IMG/VR virus record: IMGVR_UViG_3300028920_000031
Origin: an uncultured virus (IMG/VR IMGVR_UViG_3300028920_000031)
Lineage: Duplodnaviria; Heunggongvirae; Uroviricota; Caudoviricetes
Length of the DNA: 64,000 nucleotides
Direction: 5' to 3' (one strand)
Each line of letters begins with the position of its first letter. The first letter of the stretch is position 1. The position numbers and the translations under genes were made by a program. Of the stretch, positions 38,559 through 47,837 are shown one piece after another. The notes under the pieces are model-generated. The model saw only the letters and a list, made by a program, of their open reading frames with translations. It was not told the origin of the DNA and did no database searches.

Positions 38559-41033
38559 TTATGCGATCGCCGTAGCGACCTGCTGCTGTTCGCTCTCGTC
38601 GGCCTTGCGGCCGGTGGAGAAGTATTCGGTCTTCGAGTAGACGGTGATGACCGTGTTCCCGAACACGAAGAACGTGCCCTCTTTCTCGGACTTGGAGAGG
38701 GAGATGTCGGGATAGGCGGCCGTCAACTCGTCGGCGGTCATTGCCTTGGCGTCGATGCCGTCGGGGATCAGCCCAGTGGAGCCGATGAAAAAGACCAGCG
38801 GCGAGATCTTTTCCCGCCATACCGCGTCTTCGCGGCTGCGCAGCTCGGACAGCGCGGACTCGATCGTCTCGACAAGCTCCTCGGCAGATTCCGTCCGCTG
38901 ACTGATCGATTTGGCAGTGTCGGAATCCATGAGGCTCGAAAGAGTCGGAAGAGCCGCGTTGTTTCCGACGATTTCGTCGAAGATGCCCATTTGCAAGTTC
39001 TCGGCGGCGTCGACTTTGGCCCTGGAGGACAGGGCCTTGTATTCGAGCGAAACGCCGTCCCTGAGCAGCTCCGTCATTTTCGGCTTTTTGACCTTCTCGC
39101 CGTCGACGGACACTTCATAGCGGCGATCCAAGAAGGCGTTCGCGGACTTGAATTTGCCGACGCTGAGAATTTTGACGGAGCCAATCTCGATCTTGTAGCC
39201 AGTGCGCGTATCTACGATTCCGGCGGAGATCGCCTCGTTGAGGTCCTCGTACTCGTTGACCGTCGGGAAGTTGACGTTGAGGCTCGTCGACAGGCAGTGG
39301 CGTTTCAGCTCCTCGACCTGCTCCTTGGAATATTCGGCAGAGGAGTCCTTGACCATGGCCGAAAGGGCGCTGATCACGACCTTCAGCTGTGCGGCCTCGA
39401 CGAACGCTCCGGCGAGATCTTTGGGATCGAACCAGTAGGGGCACACGGGTCTTTCGCGCAGGTCGATCTCGAAACTGGTCTCGTGCGAATATTCGCACTC
39501 GGGAAGGATGCCGAGAGCCTGAAGGGCCTTGAACGCCCTTTTGTTGGAAAACCTGACACGCATGGAGTCGAGGTTCAGCTCGCCGTCGCCCACAACGGTG
39601 TAGTTGTTGAAGGCGGAGAGCTTGTCCAGCAGGACGCCGGCGACTTCCGAGATTTCCTTGCGGGACTCGCGTTCGACGAGCTTGACGGGCCTGGTTACCA
39701 GGAGATTGACGGTGGCGGCGTTGCGGTTGACGTCGAACGGGCCCATGTTGACCCAGCGGGAATCGGACGCGTATTCGGTATCAACCCACGGACTTTCCAC
39801 GGAGCCGTCCTCGTTGCGCTTGCCCTGCACCCTCTTGAGACCGCGGTGCCTGTAACCCCGTTTCAGCTCTTCGATGTCGAGCAGAATGTCGGAACGGTGC
39901 TTGTGAAGGGCTCCGATCACTTCGATAACGGACGTCTTTTCGTTGCCAAGTCCCGGCTTGCCGAAAAAGGCGTCGTCGGCAGAGCCGGACTCGAACATCC
40001 TGTTTTCCAGGTCGGCGGACATCTCAGCGATCTGATTCGCAGTCAGCGCTCTGGCGTGGGCGGACAGCGACGCATTGAGAGTGGAGATCATGGCGAACTT
40101 GGCCGCGTTGAGGTTCCCGGCGGCGAGTTTCGCGCGGGCCATCGCCAGCAGGGCGAACTCAGCCTCGCCGTCCTCGAGCCTTCCCTCCGGCTTCGGAAGC
40201 TCTTCTTCGATTTCGCGGAAGCGGAACACTACGCCGCCTGCGTCGGTGACGCCTTTGACGGTCATGTCTTTGCGGCTTCCGATGATCTTTCTGGGCTCAT
40301 TGGAGGCAAACAGGACGTAATCGGCGTCGCCAGCAACCACTTCCAGGGAGACCGCGGAGTTGCTTGCCAGCGCGTTGCAGGCTTCCTGCAGGGCGTCGTA
40401 GACTTCCTTGGTGCTTCTGGCCTTGACGCAGTTGCCCGATACCGAGTTCGCGATCTTGGACAGGAGCACGAAATCCGAGTAGTCCGAATAGGCGATCGTG
40501 TTGACGAAGACGTTCTTCGAGGACAGGCGTTCGCAGATCGCATCCAGGGAGCGTCGCTCGCCCGAAGGGTTCGGGTCGTTCGCATAGCCGTCGCTGTGCA
40601 GGGTTATCGCGCTGAGCTCGTCGTCGCGAAGCAGCTCTTCGGCCATTTCCATGGCCTGCGAGATGCAGGTCAGGCACGTCGCCCTGATCTTCCTGATTTC
40701 CTTGACATGGGGCGATCCGGTCTTCATGACGTCGGACACAACCACGCGCTCGAAGTGCAAGGTCACGTCGCCGTCGGTGGAGTAGGAGATCAGTGACACA
40801 AGCATGTCGGAGTTCTGGTACTCGTCCAGCGTCAGAACCTTGACGACAGTCTCCTTGAGATCCTCGATGTCGTAGCGCATGGATCCCGACCTGTCGATCA
40901 CAATGATGTGATGTCCGACGGACGACTTGGAATTGGAGGCCTTGGGAACGACCTTGTCGATCTCCACTTCATAGGCGCTTCTTTGTTGGCCTGCAAAGTC
41001 GTAGATTGCGAGCTTGACGGTTTTTAGCGACAT
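38559..41033 (-). CDS. von Willebrand factor A domain protein
   Basis: MIDAS IIVIDRSGSM...T...LHSDG; AGGAG RBS. Confidence 0.8.
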   Translation of the reverse strand: MSLKTVKLAIYDFAGQQRSAYEVEIDKVVPKASNSKSSVGHHIIVIDRSGSMRYDIEDLKETVVKVLTLDEYQNSDMLVSLISYSTDGDVTLHFERVVVSDVMKTGSPHVKEIRKIRATCLTCISQAMEMAEELLRDDELSAITLHSDGYANDPNPSGERRSLDAICERLSSKNVFVNTIAYSDYSDFVLLSKIANSVSGNCVKARSTKEVYDALQEACNALASNSAVSLEVVAGDADYVLFASNEPRKIIGSRKDMTVKGVTDAGGVVFRFREIEEELPKPEGRLEDGEAEFALLAMARAKLAAGNLNAAKFAMISTLNASLSAHARALTANQIAEMSADLENRMFESGSADDAFFGKPGLGNEKTSVIEVIGALHKHRSDILLDIEELKRGYRHRGLKRVQGKRNEDGSVESPWVDTEYASDSRWVNMGPFDVNRNAATVNLLVTRPVKLVERESRKEISEVAGVLLDKLSAFNNYTVVGDGELNLDSMRVRFSNKRAFKALQALGILPECEYSHETSFEIDLRERPVCPYWFDPKDLAGAFVEAAQLKVVISALSAMVKDSSAEYSKEQVEELKRHCLSTSLNVNFPTVNEYEDLNEAISAGIVDTRTGYKIEIGSVKILSVGKFKSANAFLDRRYEVSVDGEKVKKPKMTELLRDGVSLEYKALSSRAKVDAAENLQMGIFDEIVGNNAALPTLSSLMDSDTAKSISQRTESAEELVETIESALSELRSREDAVWREKISPLVFFIGSTGLIPDGIDAKAMTADELTAAYPDISLSKSEKEGTFFVFGNTVITVYSKTEYFSTGRKADESEQQQVATAIA

Positions 41034-41051
41034 GTCTGTCTCCTGTGGTGA

Positions 41052-41624
41052 TTAAAGAAATTCGTTTTCGTCGAGATGGCCTTCCAGCAACATGCCGATT
41101 ACGAAGGCGTGCCCCATTTTTCTTTCGCGACAGTCCACGACCTCGTCCCAGGACATCTGCAGTTCTCGGTGGTCGTATCCGTCGAAGTCAGACAGCGTGA
41201 TTTCTCCGAGCGTCGCATAGACGCCCTTGAGAATTCGCCACGCTTCGGACCTGACGAGGGCTGCGGCGTAGACGGGAATATAGATTGTCCGTCTGGCTTC
41301 GACATAGGACAGGCGCCTTTCCTGCCAGAGCGAATAGAGCGGCGCCGCGCCGCGTCCCATGGGGTAGCGACGGGCTTGGCTGTCGGCCCACCCCTTTTTG
41401 GCCCACGTCCAATATTCGTCGCTCGGATCCTGATTTTCGTCGACATGGGACGGATAGACCTTGCAGAACTGCCAGGCGTTTTCAACCCTTTTCGCCGAAT
41501 GTCCGCCGTAAAGGGAACACGGTCCGAGGAAAAACGGACTCAGCCCCCGCGTCCAGGAATCGGAACGGGACGTCGTATTGATGTCGAAGCGGCGGTCGCT
41601 TCGCAAGGGTACTATTCTGACCAT
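41052..41624 (-). CDS. Conserved hypothetical protein (DUF6939-like, possibly NADAR-related)
   Basis: LSPF, VENAWQFCKVY, LSYVEARRTIYIPVY, DFDGYD, GHAFV; family assignment is from memory. Confidence 0.55.
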   Translation of the reverse strand: MVRIVPLRSDRRFDINTTSRSDSWTRGLSPFFLGPCSLYGGHSAKRVENAWQFCKVYPSHVDENQDPSDEYWTWAKKGWADSQARRYPMGRGAAPLYSLWQERRLSYVEARRTIYIPVYAAALVRSEAWRILKGVYATLGEITLSDFDGYDHRELQMSWDEVVDCRERKMGHAFVIGMLLEGHLDENEFL

Positions 41625-41744
41625 TTTCAGGCTCGCCCTATGTTAACGACTGAAGATATGGCAGGAGAACTTGAAAATCAAGCCGAAATATATAAAATAC
41701 AGGGATTTTAGCGTACAAAAGTCGCAAATTCCGAGGAGACGCTC

Positions 41745-41837
41745 ATGCTTTGGTTCATATTGCTTGCAATTGTGGGGATTGCCTGTCTCGGGCTTACCGT
41801 GTTCGCGACGTTCAACGACTATTATCACTGGTTCTAA
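41745..41837 (+). CDS. 30-aa hydrophobic membrane peptide (below ORF-track cutoff)
   Basis: GAGGAG RBS; MLWFILLAIVGIACLGLTVFATFNDYYHWF*. Confidence 0.55.
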   Translation: MLWFILLAIVGIACLGLTVFATFNDYYHWF

Positions 41838-41922
41838 TTTTTGCGACATTTTCGCGAAAATTGCTTGATTCTGCCAGGACCGGCTCTATATTCGATTGGA
41901 ATCTCATAGAAAGGAAGCATTC

Positions 41923-44559
41923 GTGGACGCTAAAAGCGGCTTTGTAGTAGTTCAGCGCCTTCTTGTGCAAAACAATGAAGTGTCCTTCCGGTGGGAGTGT
42001 GCCGACGAATGCACTAAGCTGGCCATGGAAGAGGTTGTGGAAGGAGAAGCTTCGTTCGCGGCCAACTGGCACGACGTGGGGCAGTTTTTCCGCAGTTTCT
42101 CGGAGATTCTCCGCAAGGAATTCGACATCGGTTCCGCCGACGAATACGGAGCTCGCATAAGGATTCTCACGAAAGAGGAGCGGCAACAGAGGGGAAGGGA
42201 CGCGCTACTGGCCAGAATACGGGAGCGCCGAGAACGACTGGCAGAGGTGTCCGCGAAGCTCAAAAAGCATTTCGTGGGCATCGACCACGTCATCGACCAC
42301 GTCATTCGCGACATCGAAATCTGGTATGTGATGCCCGAGCTCATGACTCGGCCGTGCATCGTATGTCTCTGGGGAATGACCGGAGTCGGAAAAACCGACT
42401 TGGTCCGCAAGCTTACGAAACATCTCGGGTTTCTCGACCGCTATGTCGAGACACAGCTCGCCACGGATAACCGAAGCTGGCGGACCAACGTCAGCGAAAT
42501 CCTTTCCAGCTCTTCCATCGAATGCGGAGAACCGGGCATTCTGTTGCTGGACGAAGTGCAGAGGTTCAGGACCGTCGACGAAAACGGGAACGAAATCCGC
42601 AACAACAACTTCAGCGACGTCTGGTCGCTTCTTTCCGACGGCTCCTTTGCGGCCGACTGGGACCTCAAGCGCGACCTTCACGAAATGTTGCAGGAGCTCG
42701 GCTGGCGCAAGATACAAAAGGAGAAGGAAGAAAATTCGAATGTCGAGCAGCCGCGGGAAAGCGCGCGGCGGGTCGCGGAGGGACAACAGGCGGATCGCGG
42801 CTTGGAAAAATTGGAGAATGAAGTCGCCGAGGCAATGTCGGAAATACTTAACGGACAGACGGAAGACTTCGATGCCGAAATCGAGTCCGTCGAAGCTGAA
42901 GAACTCGCCAAAGATTTGCCCGAAGTGACACATGCCGAGTTTGTCGGGACCGAGGGAAAAACCTATAAGAGCGTGGCGGAACTGATAGCCGCCGCAACGC
43001 CCGGCACCGACCCGGAAGAACCTGCAGAAGACGACGAGTACGGAGTCGAGGTCAGCCTCGACAAGGACGGCAAGGTGTCGTACGGGCGCCTCGCCCAGAT
43101 GTCGTCTTGGGAAGCCAGGCGTTTCAAGTCCAAGCTCAATCTCCCCCATTCTCTCGGAGAGATCATGTCCTGGTCCCTGGACAAGCGAATGGACGTTCTC
43201 GTTGAGAGAATGAACGACCCCTCGACATACGAAGGAAGGGACTACTCGCAGCTGCTGGTCTTCGTATCGGGCAATCTTGACGAGGCCTTTACGCAGTCCA
43301 TTGCCGTGGGCAACGCCGACATTAGTGCGGACTTCGCTCATATTCAGTCGCTTCATGTCGACGTGGCGACTATCAAGTCCGCCCTGACCAAAAGGTTCAA
43401 GCCCGAACAGATCGCGCGGCTCGGGAACAACCACGTCATCTATCCCTCTCTCAGCAAGTCGAGCTACGAGGAGATTATCCGCCGCAAGCTCGCGGAATCC
43501 GCCGACACCATTCGCGAAATGCATTCGATCAGTATCGCCGCCGATCAGAGCGTCGCCGACATGGTATACACAAACGGCGTCTTCCCGCTACAGGGAACCA
43601 GGCCCGTCTTCACTACGCTTTCCGCCATCGTCGGCCTCGCGTTTCCGCGAGCCGTCCTTCTCGCTCTCGAGAACGGCATGAGCGGCGCCGATGTCTCCTA
43701 TGACAAGGAAGGGAAGAAATTTGTCTGCAGGGCCGGGAACGACAGCATGGAAATCTCCTACGAGGGAGATCTCGACCTCTTGCGCGAAAAGAACAGAAGC
43801 AATCTCGACTGCCGGCGCGAAATCTCGGTGCATGAGGCTGGCCATGCGGTGGCTCACGCCATATTGAACGGCATCGCGCCCATTCAGGTCAGTGTCGCAA
43901 CCATCGACGGCGGCGGCTTCACCAACTGCCATGACTTCGGCAGCTCTCCGCAGGGCGTCATGTGTTCGATCGTGGTCGGGATTGCAGGAACTGTGGCCGA
44001 AGAAATCGTATTCGGCGTCAAGAATTCCGGTCGCGGAAACAGGCACGACATCCAGCAGACAACGTCCAGGTTGGGCGAGCTTGTCCGCAGGTCTGGCATT
44101 GTGCCCGGATTTCCCGCGATGGCCTGCAGCAGCGACCAAGCACAGCTCTTCGACAACGACGTGGAAAGGGCGGACGAGCCCATACGCCAGCTGATGAACA
44201 CCGCCAGGGATTTTACAAAGAGGATGCTGCTCGCGCATATCGACGTTCTCGTGGACGTCGCGGACGCCCTCTACCGACAGCCCGAAGTTACGGCTGAGCA
44301 ATTCGTCGAGATATGCGGAGAAAGACTTCCGATCGCCACTCTCGATCCCGACGAGCCGCTGCAGTTCAACTACAACGAGATATACGAGAAATTTGTCGCC
44401 GAACGCCTTCAGGCACTTCTTGAAAACAGGCAGGAATGCGACGAAAACCTCTCGAACTGTCTCTACGAACTTTTCTGCAGGAATCTCGACAATAATGCCG
44501 CCGACGAATCCGTAGAGGAGGCGGCGTCAGACGCACTCTTGGCGAGCCGCCGTCCGTGA
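41923..44559 (+). CDS. Soluble AAA+ ATPase fused to M41 (FtsH-type) metallopeptidase, paralogue 1
   Basis: GMTGVGKT, LLLDE, RFKPEQIARLG, HEAGH, AGTVAEE; promoter TTGATT-N16-TATATT at 41865-41892; GTG start with AAGGA RBS. Confidence 0.85.
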   Translation: MDAKSGFVVVQRLLVQNNEVSFRWECADECTKLAMEEVVEGEASFAANWHDVGQFFRSFSEILRKEFDIGSADEYGARIRILTKEERQQRGRDALLARIRERRERLAEVSAKLKKHFVGIDHVIDHVIRDIEIWYVMPELMTRPCIVCLWGMTGVGKTDLVRKLTKHLGFLDRYVETQLATDNRSWRTNVSEILSSSSIECGEPGILLLDEVQRFRTVDENGNEIRNNNFSDVWSLLSDGSFAADWDLKRDLHEMLQELGWRKIQKEKEENSNVEQPRESARRVAEGQQADRGLEKLENEVAEAMSEILNGQTEDFDAEIESVEAEELAKDLPEVTHAEFVGTEGKTYKSVAELIAAATPGTDPEEPAEDDEYGVEVSLDKDGKVSYGRLAQMSSWEARRFKSKLNLPHSLGEIMSWSLDKRMDVLVERMNDPSTYEGRDYSQLLVFVSGNLDEAFTQSIAVGNADISADFAHIQSLHVDVATIKSALTKRFKPEQIARLGNNHVIYPSLSKSSYEEIIRRKLAESADTIREMHSISIAADQSVADMVYTNGVFPLQGTRPVFTTLSAIVGLAFPRAVLLALENGMSGADVSYDKEGKKFVCRAGNDSMEISYEGDLDLLREKNRSNLDCRREISVHEAGHAVAHAILNGIAPIQVSVATIDGGGFTNCHDFGSSPQGVMCSIVVGIAGTVAEEIVFGVKNSGRGNRHDIQQTTSRLGELVRRSGIVPGFPAMACSSDQAQLFDNDVERADEPIRQLMNTARDFTKRMLLAHIDVLVDVADALYRQPEVTAEQFVEICGERLPIATLDPDEPLQFNYNEIYEKFVAERLQALLENRQECDENLSNCLYELFCRNLDNNAADESVEEAASDALLASRRP

Positions 44560-44599
44560 CACCGGAATTTTCCGGCTTCAGCCGCGGGAAGGATATCAA
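44506..44599 (+). ncRNA. IS605 right-end/omegaRNA-like element, homologous to 19505-19597
   Basis: Shares AGAGGAGGCGG..TCAGACGCACT...GCCG...TGA...GGAATT...GGCTTC.G.CGCGG..AGGAT.TCAA with the other copy. Confidence 0.65.
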
Positions 44600-44651
44600 G
44601 CAGGAAACTCCTCTGGCCAGCTCGAAATAGACCTCAAAAACGGAGGCCGCC

Positions 44652-45122
44652 ATGAGCAGGAACAAAAGGCCGAGAGTCGGAGCAAAGGAAGCTAGAAACT
44701 TTCTCGAGGGCTTGGCGGCTCGGGCGGTGGGGGCCGGCCCCGCATGTCAGCTGGACATATTTCCTTTTGAGAATCCCATCTACGGGCAGCGTGGAATAGA
44801 TCTGCGCTATATCGACGAGGACGGCGATGCCGTCTCAGTCCGCGTACCCCTTGACTGCGGAGAGCCTCTCGATAATATCGTCGAGCTAGACGAGTGGGAA
44901 GACGGCAACAAGGCGGAAGAAATTCTTTTGAAATGCGCGCGTTCGGGCTGGAAAAAGGTTCGTTGCCCCAAACCCCAGAGAATGGGCTTCTACGACGAAA
45001 GCACGTCTACCGCGTTCATTTTCGGCATTGTCGACATCGGCGACATGCGAACGGAGGTTCTTGAAGAGGCAAACGTCAGCGTCTTTGACTGCATAGAACC
45101 TTTCGATCCCGAAAACGAATAG
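44652..45122 (+). CDS. Hypothetical protein
   Basis: GGAGG RBS; GCAGGA-N18-GAAATA upstream. Confidence 0.7.
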   Translation: MSRNKRPRVGAKEARNFLEGLAARAVGAGPACQLDIFPFENPIYGQRGIDLRYIDEDGDAVSVRVPLDCGEPLDNIVELDEWEDGNKAEEILLKCARSGWKKVRCPKPQRMGFYDESTSTAFIFGIVDIGDMRTEVLEEANVSVFDCIEPFDPENE

Positions 45123-45185
45123 GCAGGAACGCCCATATCATCTCTTGAAATAGAGACGGGTCGAAAACAGTCGCGGAGAGCACCC

Positions 45186-45824
45186 ATGAAGATCAAGAAG
45201 ACCGCCGGCAGAAAAAACCGGCTTGTGATGTCCCGCTCCGAATGGGAGGCCATCGGCAAACGCGCCGGTTGGGACGACATCTGGCGAGGCACCAAAAACA
45301 GGATTGACGAGCTTGAGTTCGAGGATGACGAGGAAGAAGCGGATCCCGAAGAAGAGGCGTATAAAATGCTTTTTCCGAAGGACAGATCTCTAGCTGTCGA
45401 AGAAAGCGAATTAGCCGAAGAGGCCAGTGAACTGGGGCGGGAAGAGCTGCGGTCCGCCGCGGCGAATGCAAAGGCAGCACTTTCGGAAATTCTCGAAGCC
45501 CAAATGGAGCGCCGGATCCCTGCCCCCGCGTCCGTGCTCGCCGAGAGCGTGCTACAAGCCGCTCAAGACTATCTCGATCTCAGGGGGGTCGACATCGCGG
45601 CATCGGTGTCCGATCTGGAAATGCTTGCCGAATTCCTGAATGCGGATACCGCAGATCCCGACGAAGCCGTGATAAAGGGAATCATCAAAAGGATCCTCGC
45701 GACTGCTGAAGAGCGAAATGCGCGTTCCGGCGTTGTCGTAAAGATTGCGTCCGAAGATGTTCGCGTTGTTTTTACACGCGAACAATGGACAAAAATCGGT
45801 CGCTTGGCCAGCTGGATTCCATAA
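45186..45824 (+). CDS. Hypothetical acidic protein with two 'xxxxEWxxIGxxAGW' motifs
   Basis: LVMSRSEWEAIGKRAGW and VVFTREQWTKIGRLASW. Confidence 0.7.
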   Translation: MKIKKTAGRKNRLVMSRSEWEAIGKRAGWDDIWRGTKNRIDELEFEDDEEEADPEEEAYKMLFPKDRSLAVEESELAEEASELGREELRSAAANAKAALSEILEAQMERRIPAPASVLAESVLQAAQDYLDLRGVDIAASVSDLEMLAEFLNADTADPDEAVIKGIIKRILATAEERNARSGVVVKIASEDVRVVFTREQWTKIGRLASWIP

Positions 45825-46035
45825 GGGTAATTTTATGGTTGGCAATTTCGATGACGGATTCGTGTATTTTCTTGCCGCTGTTGTGGTTTTTATGTTGATG
45901 GTCAATTTTTCCAGCTGTTGACCGGCTGGCGTCCGCATGCTCTTGGATTCGTCCGTGGGAAGGCGTCGTTCAGGCAGGATACAAACTCCCGTGCGCGGTA
46001 TAATGATTGATGAAACCCTATTGAGGAATTTTGCC

Positions 46036-47109
46036 ATGAAGCTCATCAACGGACGGGAGCTTGTAATTACGGCCAGAGAATGGCTGGAACTTGGAAAGGC
46101 CGCCGGCCTTTTCGACGTGCCTGTATATCCCGGGGTCAAGCTCACAAGAGAGTATTATTCTCGTCTCACTCCCGAAGGCAGGGAAATTTTTGCCGAACAC
46201 CTGTTCAAAACGATGGCCGAGCGCCTTTACCCCCGGGATCGAGTTATCGGGGAAAGCAGACAGGATCTCTACAAAAAGGAAAATCTCCTGCCGGCCTTTT
46301 TGAGGGACAATCCCGACATTGCGTCTCGCGGCACAGCCGCGGAGGACCATGCCGCCGATTCTCGGAAGTGGATCGATTCGGCGCCCGAGAACGAATTTGA
46401 GCGTTTCAAACAGTATGCGTACGAGGATTATCTAGAAAGGAAGAAAGACGATCCGCTCGTGAGAACCAAAGTCTCCGACTTTTTCAACAGGATGATGGGC
46501 AAGTCGGATCCCGAAATGCCTCAGTTGCTGTCGCCCACACAGCTTGACGTTTCCGAAATCGAACCTGAAATAATGCCGGACCCGTCACGTGCCACGCCCA
46601 TTCAGATTCCGGAAAAAGAGCCGAAGCCGACTCTTGTCCCCGTAAAGAATCTTGACGACACGCAACCGCTGGCGAGCCCGCTGGAAAGGCGTCGCAAACG
46701 CCGTCCGCGCGTACTCAGATTCCAGAATTCCTCGACATCCATCACTCTTACGGTGGAAAACTGGGAGCGGATCGGCGTGGCGGCGGGCTGGCTGAAGCCG
46801 CGTACGGCGGAACGGACGGGCGTCGGCCCCTTGGAAGACCGCTTCGACGGAACGCCGACCAGGGAATTTGCGTATCACATAAATCTCGACGAGCGCGGCA
46901 CATTCTATGCCGACGTCAGAGACGAGCGGAATCAGACAGTCTATGAGATAAAAATAGACGATGCCGACCCCGACTGGGACAGCTGGAACGCCAGCATCTT
47001 TGCCGACGGCTTTATGCGAGACAAACGCGATTTGGACGGACTTAAGGATCATCTCGTAGAACTCGGGATTATAGACGAGGACGACGTGTTGAAGAGCGCC
47101 TACGAGTAG
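46036..47109 (+). CDS. Hypothetical protein with two copies of the same motif
   Basis: GAGGA RBS; LVITAREWLELGKAAGL and ITLTVENWERIGVAAGW. Confidence 0.7.
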   Translation: MKLINGRELVITAREWLELGKAAGLFDVPVYPGVKLTREYYSRLTPEGREIFAEHLFKTMAERLYPRDRVIGESRQDLYKKENLLPAFLRDNPDIASRGTAAEDHAADSRKWIDSAPENEFERFKQYAYEDYLERKKDDPLVRTKVSDFFNRMMGKSDPEMPQLLSPTQLDVSEIEPEIMPDPSRATPIQIPEKEPKPTLVPVKNLDDTQPLASPLERRRKRRPRVLRFQNSSTSITLTVENWERIGVAAGWLKPRTAERTGVGPLEDRFDGTPTREFAYHINLDERGTFYADVRDERNQTVYEIKIDDADPDWDSWNASIFADGFMRDKRDLDGLKDHLVELGIIDEDDVLKSAYE

Positions 47110-47832
47110 GAGGTTTAAGCAGCTACCAATAAAGTTGTAAAAACCTGATGAAACATACTTGACGAAGAAAGACAAGAAATGAAGCAGCGTTCTCATGTCA
47201 TACAGCTGAAGCCGAACAACCAGCAGACTACTTATTTCGAGAAGGCTTGCGGATGTCAGCGGTTCGTGTATAACTGGGGACTCGCTGCCTGGAAGACGGA
47301 ATATGAGGATGGGAACAAGCCTATAGGCAGAGGATTGAAAAAACAATTCAATGCCATCAAAAAAACAGAGTTTCCCTGGATATACGAAGTCACCAAGTGT
47401 GTCGTGGATACGGTGGTGCTCGAGGACCTGAACGTGAAAGGAATGCTGAAGAACAGACACCTGAGCAAGGCTGTCTCCAGAAGCAACTTCCACAAGATAA
47501 AACAGTTCCTCCAGTACAAGTGCGGAGATGTGCGGTTTGTCGACAGATTCTACCCTGGCAGCAAGACCTGCTCTTCTTGCGGCAGGATTAAAGACATGCC
47601 GCTGCATCTTCGGGTCTATGAATGCAGGTGCGGATTGAAGCTCGACAGAGACCTCAATGCCGCTATCAACATACTACGGGCGGGTTGCCCGGAAGTCAAG
47701 CCTGTGGAGACGAGAGCTCTGGCCGCCGGAAACGGCGGCGAAACTGTCGCCTGTGAAGCAGGAAATACACATAAACAAGTAACGGGCGACAAAGGCGCCC
47801 ATTACAGCTTTTTATAAGTTGTATAAACCAGG
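47110..47832 (+). mobile_element. Non-autonomous IS607-like element (boundaries approximate)
   Basis: Repeat AAGTTGTAwAAACC near both ends (47132-47145, 47816-47829); contains tnpB only. Confidence 0.6.
47179..47817 (+). pseudogene. tnpB: TnpB with in-frame internal deletion
   Basis: HTH (CGCQRFVYNWGL) joined directly to VVLEDLNVKGM; SKTCSSCG, YECRCG, DRDLNAAINI; no RuvC-I GxDxG. Confidence 0.85.
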
Positions 47833-47837
47833 GCCTG

